In this document: piece by piece, positions 56,601-64,000 of the stretch | Numbering within the stretch: position 1 is the first letter of the stretch | Layout: every line of letters begins with the position of its first letter | Assembly (NCBI GenBank): GCA_947471565.1 | Contig: CANIVT010000007.1 | Location: 6,909-70,908 of the forward strand | Source of the DNA: Spartobacteria bacterium | GTDB lineage: Bacteria; Verrucomicrobiota; Verrucomicrobiia; Chthoniobacterales; UBA6821 | Direction of reading: 5' to 3' | Length of the DNA stretch: 64,000 bases | Program-made: the position numbers and the translations under genes | The notes under the pieces: generated by a model | What the model was told of the DNA's origin: nothing | Database searches by the model: none | The model's input: only the letters and a program-made list of their open reading frames with translations

Positions 56601-59600
56601 TGCCGCGCAGGTTCATGGAGTCCGTAGCCCGGATGATCAATCGGGCGGCATCCTCAACCGGTGCCGTGTCGGAGGTTCGCGGAAGAAAGGTCGAAGCTAA
56701 GGAAATCTGATACTCGGCACGGCGGGAAACAAGGGATGGAGACGCCACTTCATAGAGAGAGGAAAGCTGTTCTCCTTTGCCGTCCAGCGAACTGGATCTG
56801 CTCCCGGCGACCATCGCCGAACCATCGGGTCGCTGAAGACTGTCGGGGGCAAGATCCTGCATGAGACCCATGGGAGTGATCAGGTAGGCACCGGGCATGA
56901 TGGCGTAACGTGACGGGAGCAGGGTATAGATCCCGGCAGCGAGACCACCGCCGGCAGCGAGCGTAATCCGATCTCCAACGCCAAGCGATCTGGAGACATA
57001 TCCCGGATCACCCGCCGTCTTGTTGACATCACCGAAGGGGGCAAATGGCTGCGCCAAGGGGTTAAAGCCGGGAATGACCGCGTAACTCTCCCGAACCCGG
57101 CTCCAGTAAGAACCCACAGCAGGTGTTTCCCCACTGTTGTCCTGCCTCGCCGAGTAAATATCCCCGTCGAAAACCACACGGTCTCCCTTAAAGTAGGCCG
57201 TGGAACTGCTCCAATCACCTCTGGACTGTCCGGCAGGGTCGATTGTGCCGCGAAGACCACCAATCCAATCGTATGCCATCAGGTCCCCTCCACCGGAAAG
57301 AAGGACCCTTGATGTTGTCCCCGTGATGACCTGCCCGGCAGAAAGCGTGACTCCCCTGGCAGGGAGCCCTGAAACGCTGATGTCATTGCCAGCAGGATCG
57401 ATCCACTGGGAACCGTTGAGGATCACTCCGTAGGGCATCGTGACTCCCCTGCCTGTCACGACATCGATTCCCGAGACCGATGTCGTTCCGCCGTCCTCAA
57501 GACGCACTACGGATGACACCGGGACGGTGGTCTCCACAGGAATTGGATCGGTGTCATAAAGGCGTACAATACCTGCACCCGTTAGCGGATCCTCGGGCGA
57601 TGATCCCGAACCATCCCATCCCAGCTTGATCATACCGAAGGGGGCGACCATCGTTCCACCCTGACTGATCGAGTGGGCGTAAACCGAGATGTTCCCTCCC
57701 GCCGTAAGAGGCAAGGATCCGGGAACACCGGCCTGCTCCACGAGGACCGATCCTTTGGTCTCCCCGCGGTCATAGGAAACCAGGTTGAAGGAGGCTTTGG
57801 TCATGGGATAAATCATACCGGCAATAAGCTTGAGCTGACCGGCCATGGAAAAGGTCCCGTTACCGCGAATTTCACCCGGACCCGCATCAACGGTCACGCT
57901 ACCCATTCCCTTGACCAGCGTGTTGCCAAGATCCGCAACACGAGCCCGGATCACGAGGGATCCGGTACCGCCTGAGGGGGAGTCATATCCCCCCAGGGCA
58001 AGTCTGGACCGGCCGTCCCCGGGGGCAAGCGGAGCCTCAAAGAAATTTCCCACGGAGACATAGGGAGACAAAAGTTGCACCGCGGCATCCCCCGAGATCA
58101 CTCCTCCCGAGGCAACCGAGATGCTCTTGTCAGCGGCAAGCGAAACTGGTCCTAGAAAACCGAGATTTCCTGAAAGAACAAGGCGGTCAAATTGCCCCCG
58201 GTCAACGATGTCAGCCGACAGGTACCCTCGGCTGATCCGTCCTGTCAAATCACTGGCCATGACTCCAGCAAGCCCCTCTTGGTTTTGCGAGATGAAAAGA
58301 CTTGTCCCAAAGATCACGGAAGGGGGAGAGGCAAAATCCAACGGGTAGAACGTACCGGAGGATACCGTTAGCTGGCCACCGGAGGCGGATGACCCTCCGG
58401 CTAGGGCAAGAAGATCACCCTTGGCAACAAGGTACTGATTCCCCAAAAGTGTGATCGCTCCTCCATCTGAGGCGATGTTTCTGGTTTGGTAGGGGAACGC
58501 CCCCCCGGATCGAACGGACACGCTTCCGGAGGAACCCGACACATCGACGACCGATCCTTGAGAAAGGCGGATGTTACCTGTCATGGAAACTTCGCCGCCG
58601 CGAAGCACCGAGGCCACCGAGGCCACCGCGCGCCCGATCATCCCGGGATCGCCGATCGAAAAAGTGGCTCCGGCGGCGGAGACCCTTGCGGTCGCGCCCA
58701 GTTCTAGGGTCGGCTTGGCAAACGGCGCACCGCGCACCGGATCATAGTTGTCGGGATAGGAACTCGCTGCAGATAGGGTGATGCTGCCGCCTGGCACATC
58801 GAGCATTCCATCAACACTCGTGATCTTTCCTGTGACGGCAAGTCTTGAGGTCTTTACCAAAGGGGTGACGGAACCCATTTCTGTGAGCGAAAGTTGAGGA
58901 TCAAGCCTGATTGATGCTCCGCTTTGGATGAGGGTCCTACCCCTCACCGAAATCAATCCACCGCTTGAAATACCCAGCGCACCTAATGATACGCTGACTG
59001 CCGGTCGCATTCCTTCAGGCAGCAGAACCATTGAGTAGTCTCCGTTCGGTTTCAGGATGCGGTTAATCACGGCCGGGTGAATCATAGTTCCTGCCGTGAC
59101 AAGCATGCCCGGCATCTCATCGTCCGACGATCCTTCCGCAACTGCGACACCGATGCCCGAGAGGCTGAATTCCGCAAAACCTCCGTTGTTAAAAAATTCG
59201 GGACGGAGGCCAAGAATACCCGCTACATAACCTTCATTTCCGATACGTATGGATGGAGCAGTCAGTGACAAGGAGCCGGCATTCGCGTTCAGGCCAGCAT
59301 ATCCCTGCAGCGTGGAGTTGAGATTGAGTACCCCTCCACCGAGGGTTCCGTATTGTGCATCGACTCCTCCCGATATCTTTATCTTACCGGCATCCCCGTA
59401 AACGACTTGTCCTGCTGTCGTGAGCAGATAGGCGCCGGAAACATCGACAAGACTTCCCTCATCCAGCGATACACGGAAGCCCTCCACGGACACTCTACCT
59501 CCATCCGATGCAACAGGAGAGGAATAGGGGTCGCCCCAGTTGCTGGACGGTATTCCTGCCGTGGACAAGACAGCGGAAGGTCCGATTAGAACCCCTCCTC

Positions 59601-62600
59601 TCGATGCGTTGCCCAGCGATGGGAAGGAACCCGCATCCTCGTACGAACGGATCTCGTCGTAGCCAAAACTATTCGCCGACAGCGATATCGTACCGCCTGG
59701 CACCGACACCCTTCCAAAGATGTCAATGTTGCCGGCAGAGAGTTCAAAGCGACCTCCCGGTGCCATGGAGAGATCCGTCCCCACAGGCAGCAGGATCGAG
59801 CCGTCATGGTTGTCGATGTTGAGCGAACCGATCCCTCCTTTCGAAAAATACGAGGTGGAAAGAATGATCCTGCCGTTGTCGGAAGCGGCCCCGGGATCCT
59901 TGGAAAAGACCAACTGCTGTGGCTGCGGCGACTCGAAACCACCGTCAGGCCTTAGGCTGAAAACACGTAGCGTCAGGCTCGATTGTCCCGGCAAAGCACT
60001 GGTTTCGGGTGTGGAGCGTGTCTGCCTTGCCCCCGAAACAACGAGGCCCGTCATCGTTCCAGCAAGCTCCATGGAGGGGGACCTGAGCAATACCGATCCC
60101 CCGGCGCCCCCGCTGATATAGGGGGACTCGCGTACAGGCTTGGGATTTTGCACGAATCCGGCATAAAAGCGGTCGGGCGTCGCCTTGGAGATATCCACGA
60201 CCGTTCCCTGGCTTGTGAGTAGTTTTGTTGTGGTGAATTCCCCGCCCGAGTACTGGATCCATCCGCCCGAGACGTTCAGCAGGGAATCCCGGGCCAGACT
60301 GAGCCTGTCGCCGGATCCCAAGGAGATATTCCCACCCTCAACGGTCAACTCGCCGACCGTCCTCTGGATCAGCGATGCGTAACCCGTGGCATCGCCCAAG
60401 GGTGTGCCGATCCAATACTGCCCGTCATACACGCCGCTGATCCGCGCATCGACCGTGATGTTCTTTGCCCGGACAATGCTCTCGCGCTGAAGGGGCGAGT
60501 TGGCCAACTCCGGTCCGCGCAACTGGAGTGTGATGAAGTTTTTTGAACTTTCAACGCGCACCGAGGTCGAGCCTGAGACATCAATCACGCTACCCTCGCC
60601 CAGGGTGATGCTTCCCCCGTTACCTCCTCCGTAAGAACCAGATAAAAATTGGCTTTTGTCAACGGAAGACGAATCACGGTACCAGTTGCCGCTCAGGATG
60701 CTGACCCCCGCCTGAATCGTTGCCGCGGCGGACCCGCGGGCAACCGATGTCATGTCGAGAAAAGCGGTGCCAGAACCGACCTTCGCTCCCGGCGCGACCA
60801 ACACGGAACCTGCGTCGAGGCTCACCCGGTTTCCCAGAATGCTGATCAGCGAGGGCAGTGCCAGCGAAGTTCCGGGTGCTGTTTCCAGGCTGTCCCATTC
60901 CGGCAACAGCCTGATGACTCCGGTTCCCATCATCCTAAACGATCCGGAAGTGCCGTCCGAAACGGAGTGGTCGTAGTAATAGGGGCTCCCCAAGGAATTT
61001 GCCGAAACCGCCGCGTTATAGGATGAGACGATATCCACCCTCCCGTTGAGGGAGACCGAGGTCGTTCCGTCGATCACACCGGAATGAGTAATGGATGACC
61101 CGGCAAGAGCGGTGTGTCCCCTGGGAATCTCGATCAATCCGGCATTGAAGACGGTGCCGGCATTGTTTCCTCGGGGCGCATTGAAATCGATCAGTCCGTC
61201 AGCGCCCAGTTTCGGACCATTGTCGATGCTTCCCCCGGAAGAATCGGAGATCCTCCCGATGTAGACATCCAGACCGCGCAGACTCGGATCATCGGATGGG
61301 TGCGCGGCCAATCCCACCTGGAGTCCTGCTGCGAGGATCGTCTGCCCGTCGGGCGTCGCAATCGTTCCTGAATTGGCAACGCTGGCCCCTACGAGCGCCA
61401 CACGACCTCCGATCTTTGAAGACGAGGATGGGGAGTAAATCAATGCCCCCCGCTCCGCAATTACTGCTCCGACATTGGCAGCTGCAATCGATCCGGAGAT
61501 ATCGGATCCAGAAGACATATCTGCAGAGAGCGGCTTCGAGAGGTTGATCATTACGGAGCCGTCATTGTTTGCGGATACGGAAACCACTTTGGTTCCGGTT
61601 TCGATTCCGGATCCCGTGACGGAATCCCCAGGCCTGTAAGAACTGGCCGGAGCAACCGTGATCGATCTGTCCCCTGTTACCGCGCGGGAAGCGAGCGTCG
61701 TCGAAAGGGGATCGAATGAGTCGGAACCCGCCCGCGAGGCACCCGATGGCAAGGCACTGAAAAGGAACTGGTATCCCGGATTGTTCAATAATCCGACCCC
61801 CTCGATCCCCTTCATGGGATCACCTGCGAAGTAGGGGTTGATGGGGAGGGTGGAGGCAACCAAAGAGTGGACATTCACCTCGGAGCCGTTGTGGAACATG
61901 ATCCCGTCCTGGTTGAGAATATAGACCTGCCCCCTCATGTTCTCGGTTCCCGGAGTTCTGCCCCCTGAGGTTATCCTTCCGTAGATGCTCGAGGGGGAAG
62001 CCGTGCCCGTGATCTTGTTGAAGGCAATCCACTTGCCGGCATCCGCACCGCCCCTGCTCTGGTCGAAATTCACCGTGGTTCTCGGACCCACATTGAAATT
62101 CTTCCAGTAGAGATAGGCATTCTGCTCCGTCTGGGTGATCTCGACGTTGTGGTCTCCCGAGGACTGAAGACCGGTCTTGTCCGCATTGATGGATGCGCCC
62201 TTCCATGAGGTGGTCAGGGGCTTTCCGGCACCATCAAAACCATCGTGCGGGTGAAGCCAGTTGACCGCGAGGCCATTGGGGATTGGTTGCCCATTTGGGA
62301 GTAGAGGGGTACCTGAGCGCGCCGCTGCCTTGGCTGCGGCGGCGGCGTTCTGCTGCATGGCCCTCATGGCACCGACAGCCGTATCCGACCGCTCGATCGA
62401 CTTGCGGGCGAGGGCCGCTGTCATCGCGGCAGAGGCCGCACCGGCATTCTGAAGATTGGAGGCCGCGCCGCGACCGGCAGTTCCTGTGGCCGATCCACCT
62501 GTCGTTCCCAGCGTGATGGCCAGGAGAGGCTTTCCTGCCCAGGGCAATAGCACAAGCACCCAAAAAGCAAAGACGATCGATGTGGTCGTCTTTGCTTTTT

Positions 62601-62622
62601 GAGTTATCCTTTTTGGGTGCAT
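50653..62622 (-). CDS. giant filamentous hemagglutinin-like TpsA (TPS domain + DUF3739 C-terminus), ~3,990 aa
   Basis: signal peptide; AYLYWKNFNVG..VYILNQDGIMF; beta-helix repeats; GGDIMIWSDKGDIAAG..GNVDLIAPSGFIDAGDAGIR; alternative start at 62637. Confidence 0.93.
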   Translation of the reverse strand: MHPKRITQKAKTTTSIVFAFWVLVLLPWAGKPLLAITLGTTGGSATGTAGRGAASNLQNAGAASAAMTAALARKSIERSDTAVGAMRAMQQNAAAAAKAAARSGTPLLPNGQPIPNGLAVNWLHPHDGFDGAGKPLTTSWKGASINADKTGLQSSGDHNVEITQTEQNAYLYWKNFNVGPRTTVNFDQSRGGADAGKWIAFNKITGTASPSSIYGRITSGGRTPGTENMRGQVYILNQDGIMFHNGSEVNVHSLVASTLPINPYFAGDPMKGIEGVGLLNNPGYQFLFSALPSGASRAGSDSFDPLSTTLASRAVTGDRSITVAPASSYRPGDSVTGSGIETGTKVVSVSANNDGSVMINLSKPLSADMSSGSDISGSIAAANVGAVIAERGALIYSPSSSSKIGGRVALVGASVANSGTIATPDGQTILAAGLQVGLAAHPSDDPSLRGLDVYIGRISDSSGGSIDNGPKLGADGLIDFNAPRGNNAGTVFNAGLIEIPRGHTALAGSSITHSGVIDGTTSVSLNGRVDIVSSYNAAVSANSLGSPYYYDHSVSDGTSGSFRMMGTGVIRLLPEWDSLETAPGTSLALPSLISILGNRVSLDAGSVLVAPGAKVGSGTAFLDMTSVARGSAAATIQAGVSILSGNWYRDSSSVDKSQFLSGSYGGGNGGSITLGEGSVIDVSGSTSVRVESSKNFITLQLRGPELANSPLQRESIVRAKNITVDARISGVYDGQYWIGTPLGDATGYASLIQRTVGELTVEGGNISLGSGDRLSLARDSLLNVSGGWIQYSGGEFTTTKLLTSQGTVVDISKATPDRFYAGFVQNPKPVRESPYISGGAGGSVLLRSPSMELAGTMTGLVVSGARQTRSTPETSALPGQSSLTLRVFSLRPDGGFESPQPQQLVFSKDPGAASDNGRIILSTSYFSKGGIGSLNIDNHDGSILLPVGTDLSMAPGGRFELSAGNIDIFGRVSVPGGTISLSANSFGYDEIRSYEDAGSFPSLGNASRGGVLIGPSAVLSTAGIPSSNWGDPYSSPVASDGGRVSVEGFRVSLDEGSLVDVSGAYLLTTAGQVVYGDAGKIKISGGVDAQYGTLGGGVLNLNSTLQGYAGLNANAGSLSLTAPSIRIGNEGYVAGILGLRPEFFNNGGFAEFSLSGIGVAVAEGSSDDEMPGMLVTAGTMIHPAVINRILKPNGDYSMVLLPEGMRPAVSVSLGALGISSGGLISVRGRTLIQSGASIRLDPQLSLTEMGSVTPLVKTSRLAVTGKITSVDGMLDVPGGSITLSAASSYPDNYDPVRGAPFAKPTLELGATARVSAAGATFSIGDPGMIGRAVASVASVLRGGEVSMTGNIRLSQGSVVDVSGSSGSVSVRSGGAFPYQTRNIASDGGAITLLGNQYLVAKGDLLALAGGSSASGGQLTVSSGTFYPLDFASPPSVIFGTSLFISQNQEGLAGVMASDLTGRISRGYLSADIVDRGQFDRLVLSGNLGFLGPVSLAADKSISVASGGVISGDAAVQLLSPYVSVGNFFEAPLAPGDGRSRLALGGYDSPSGGTGSLVIRARVADLGNTLVKGMGSVTVDAGPGEIRGNGTFSMAGQLKLIAGMIYPMTKASFNLVSYDRGETKGSVLVEQAGVPGSLPLTAGGNISVYAHSISQGGTMVAPFGMIKLGWDGSGSSPEDPLTGAGIVRLYDTDPIPVETTVPVSSVVRLEDGGTTSVSGIDVVTGRGVTMPYGVILNGSQWIDPAGNDISVSGLPARGVTLSAGQVITGTTSRVLLSGGGDLMAYDWIGGLRGTIDPAGQSRGDWSSSTAYFKGDRVVFDGDIYSARQDNSGETPAVGSYWSRVRESYAVIPGFNPLAQPFAPFGDVNKTAGDPGYVSRSLGVGDRITLAAGGGLAAGIYTLLPSRYAIMPGAYLITPMGLMQDLAPDSLQRPDGSAMVAGSRSSSLDGKGEQLSSLYEVASPSLVSRRAEYQISLASTFLPRTSDTAPVEDAARLIIRATDSMNLRGKVEGAGSNGGRGAMIDLASTANFRIGRTPDPAAILLDHSVLSSWNAGSLLIGGVRQVTGSGFSVAPMTSLVTVENSVSPLAASDLILASGGGVVLEDGSAIESRGTMKAEDLEVSGNGALIRVSSDPLAIVTRSGTGTAPVRGYDLGEQVSVSGGSVTLDSSGGGDVAESVRFDAQGLNLNAGKIVLSFGDASKAADTMQIGGDFLRTLTRVASISLNGRDGIFFKGSGTIGSSSLRSLALHTSMLRGDDVSSVTIDSGSVLMDNPYTASGSLAANGGSLIINTGTLIRGRGEIKLSGFQNVTLNAFAGIVGRGTGALSVAGSLFLNAPSLTGEGASSSVFSAQGNLTTSLLGTMPTILDPGLGASLTLRGNAVALNAPVLLPGGSFVAESTGSDRDLVISSRVDVGGTVQRFDDLAKYVDAGNITLSSGRDVRLGDGAILRLDALANGGSAGTLAVNAVNGTLDIGLGVISAHSGSSGLSGNLVLDLGTYGTGDLSELESLLTQSGFTESQGIRIRNGDVTLAGAKAHSYSLSADSGSITVTGSIDASGVTGGNISLYAGKSVLFKSGATLDASGDEFDSAGKGGYVTLEAGNNPSLGSAGVAAMGVSGSFASDAWVIDLGGGVIDLSVDEVSGLGQSSGRLHLRAPQTADNKDVQVNPIATTIEGASAIVVEGVFRQDAATTGTASIDTQAAVWDSTTSYTTGTKVLYNGQLYTAKRTGRNFTPPNGTYWTATPDTSFKQKALDNATSFMAYADAVRSRILPADPSSKAALAGILEINPGEEIVNSRGSLVLNNDWDLSLARYGRQVSILDASGNVTGRTIGRSSGFLSLRALGDLTFNGSLSDGFGDSVNRAANAGGNNYGLYFAPLLPVVSSDLGDPSKTFGQSSWSYSIAAGKDFSSADPLAVSSEGSINLGKPTKTSSALASSVGQNASTATIISGNYQVIRTGTGDISIAAGKDIRLLNQFATIYTAGAQVADPTLGGAFDPHTMPVIFRNSQRVNFGTLQQPALYPAQYSVRGGDVQLRAAGNIRHLQLSSDGLSYIADSSRQLPGNWLMRRGQTDATGGWLTLPNGEITSTSWWIDFSNFFQNVGALGGGNVSMRAGGDISNVDAVVPTQGRLTARDPAGIQLVPQQGSLIETGGGDVTVQAGGNIDAGIYYVERGNASIRAGGAIVSNKTRDVAGAYLYSLVSRRSEYANPSEETWLPTSFLLGRGAISVKAGGDMLLGPVGNVFLLPQGFINGVQYKNYFSTYGSESAFSAISLGGSVTLRNQILGLPAFQKWLQSSVMGNQAPPQSAGYYQPWLRLAELQPADPILGAGARLMPGNVSLTALAGSVLIQGDATLAPSARGNLSIYAMDGINGLNRQQKGVRWSYSTLNVSDADPRTIPSPLSPLSQSQLNFWPALDTTYLNANSSYSTLPFYLENFSTSLNETLSTEGDDASLQGKVLRHDQSLLHLGDSDPVRVYSPGGDISGIRLFSPKLARIVATGNIRDVSLALQHVSSSDVSSVISGGGMTLFDANTASRNEARKDLGANVAFLPEPLSGDVQISGPGTLQVFAGENLDLGTGDARPDGSGAGITSIGNARNPSLPFEGASLIVGAGLASARQLGLGASDTEGLLRRAAGMDSAQAYFAELMRVVSAQGDKSLSEELDRAGSIAGIITSPIEEDAKSRIALSLFYVILRDSGRNHGDPRSKDFGTYRQGRVAIESLFPGVASGGGVILNSRNIRTKSGGDISVLAPRGGVALAEYSVGSSLAPPGIVSEGGGSVNMFSRDSVTLGIGRIFTLRGGDIMIWSDKGDIAAGSSSKTIKSAPPTRVLLDPQSAAVRTDLAGLATGGGIGVLAAVAGIPPGNVDLIAPSGFIDAGDAGIRSTGNLNLSAREIRNADNILVGGVTVGAPPVAPSAGPITAPPPAAPPAGATAATAAANSASANTARNTSPAQADPPPSVFSIDILGYGGDEEEEERKSANASQPPVQASL

Positions 62623-62740
62623 ATTGGCCACTAACAATTATGCGAGAACCCATGATAAATCAACTATATAATCAGTCGTTTATTCAGGGGTTCATTCTCA
62701 CCACAAAATCATAAACTCAGGCATGATCACGGGAGTCTCC

Positions 62741-64000
62741 TCAGCGCACTTTGAGAGCATTCACGCTGGTCAGGATGCCCGAGATCATCGAGTAGGCCAC
62801 GATGCCGACGAAGAGCGCCACGATCAGGATCACCGCGGGTTGGATCAGGGATGTCATGACCTGGATCCGGGTTGAGAGTTCCCGGTCATAGCGCTTTGCG
62901 GCGCGCTGCAGGGAACCGGACAGATCCCCGGTCTGCTCCCCCACTCCCAGGATATCGAGAAGGACGGGAGGGAAGAATCCCGTTCTTCTCATCGCCCCTG
63001 AAAGAGAGGCTCCCTCACTGATCAGGAGAGTGATTTTTTCCAGCAATCCCCCGAGGTAGACATTGGTCGTCGATCCACGGAGTAATCCCATGGAAGCCAT
63101 CATGGAAACGCCGTTGGAGACAAGCGTGGAGAGATTCTGCGTCGTCTCGGCCAGGAAGCGCGCGCGGAGCACGGGGCCGACCACGGGCAGGTCGAGTTGA
63201 GCCTGATCCCACCAGGCTCTTCCTCCCGGCGTCTGCAACCCCGCCTTCACCCCGGCTGCGACCAGCAGGGCTCCGAGGAGCAGGGCCCACCAGTAATGGC
63301 CGCAGAAGAGGCTCACATCGATCAGGATCCGCGTCATGAGCGGCAGCTTCTGGCCTGACTTCCCAAGCAGCACCGAGAGCTGGGGAACTAGGAATGTCAG
63401 AAAGATGAACATCAGCAGGATCGCCGAGGAGAAGACAATCGAGGGATAGACCAGGGCTGAGGAGACCTTCTTGGCCAGTTCCCCGACCATCTCGAGGTGC
63501 TCGCACTGACGCTTGAGGATTTTCGGCAAGACACCGGCCGCCTCCCCAGCAGCGACCAGATTGCAGTAGAGCGGATCAAAGGTCCCCCCGCAGCCCCTGA
63601 GGGCGGCCGAGAAGGAGACACCCTCGCGCACCTGCGAGCGGAGACGGGCCGAGACCGGACCGATCGGGGACTTCTCCTGTCGCTCGGCAAGCACCCGCAG
63701 GGCCGCCTCCAGCTGGAGGCCCGCCTCCAGAAGCTCCGAAAGCTCCTCGGTGAAGAAAAGAAGCTGCTGCCTGCTGAACCGGGGAAGAGGGCCAGCGGCG
63801 TTGCTCTCCTGATGGGTGGTGGTTTTCTCCCCTTGACGCGCCCTGGCGACCTTGGTTTCAGATCCCGAAATGATCAGCGAGACCGGCTGCAACCCTTGCT
63901 CCCGAAGCTTGCGGTAAGCGTCGGCCTCGGAGAGCGCCTCGATCGTCCCGCGCTGGGTTTTCCCCGCATGATCGTTGGCTTGGTAGGAATAAGAGGTCAT
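62741..64000 (-). CDS. gspF: type II secretion system F (GspF/PilC) protein
   Basis: QLSELL-like EELSELLEAG, GEAAGVL, ALVYP, GEQTGDL; ATG at the window edge. Confidence 0.93.
   Translation of the reverse strand: MTSYSYQANDHAGKTQRGTIEALSEADAYRKLREQGLQPVSLIISGSETKVARARQGEKTTTHQESNAAGPLPRFSRQQLLFFTEELSELLEAGLQLEAALRVLAERQEKSPIGPVSARLRSQVREGVSFSAALRGCGGTFDPLYCNLVAAGEAAGVLPKILKRQCEHLEMVGELAKKVSSALVYPSIVFSSAILLMFIFLTFLVPQLSVLLGKSGQKLPLMTRILIDVSLFCGHYWWALLLGALLVAAGVKAGLQTPGGRAWWDQAQLDLPVVGPVLRARFLAETTQNLSTLVSNGVSMMASMGLLRGSTTNVYLGGLLEKITLLISEGASLSGAMRRTGFFPPVLLDILGVGEQTGDLSGSLQRAAKRYDRELSTRIQVMTSLIQPAVILIVALFVGIVAYSMISGILTSVNALKVR

Overview
Bacterial chromosome segment, about 60% GC by eye, most likely Verrucomicrobiota (inferred from the PEP-CTERM protein, the gene families and AGGCTGA-type heptamer repeats). 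It has three parts. (1) 1-12.2 kb is a DNA-damage/defence hotspot. It holds a WYL regulator, vWA protein, SRAP peptidase, MBL-fold exonuclease, SBD-HNH nuclease and metallophosphoesterase, interleaved with at least six toxin-antitoxin (TA) modules, several of them broken. There is no integrase or transposase. Three TA cassettes are bracketed by imperfect direct repeats, two of which are clear copies of the end of a neighbouring gene. The WYL gene and five TA operons share a leaderless promoter geometry (TTG exactly 35 nt before ATG). (2) 12.2-37.7 kb is mostly housekeeping: lexA, M42 peptidase, OFA-MFS, 7TM-HD, phoH, rfaE1-gmhB-kdsB, lgt, 2-oxoacid dehydrogenase E1a/E1b/E2, yggS, LysR, deacetylase, livH, pnp with a duplicated S1 domain, and rpsO. 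It also has two unexplained structured non-coding elements. (3) 37.8-64 kb is an envelope/secretion locus: GspF, a ~3,990-aa DUF3739-type TpsA with two CBM5/12-like inserts, a divergent PEP-CTERM plus exported PBP-like pair, DUF2292, TpsB, DUF2341-LamG-ExbB, ExbD, TonB, a putative porin, a coiled-coil protein and a PPIase. Its gene set resembles the phosphate-starvation PdtAB/Hxc locus of Pseudomonas aeruginosa. No tRNA, rRNA or CRISPR array was found. All family calls come from motif recognition by eye; no database search was run.
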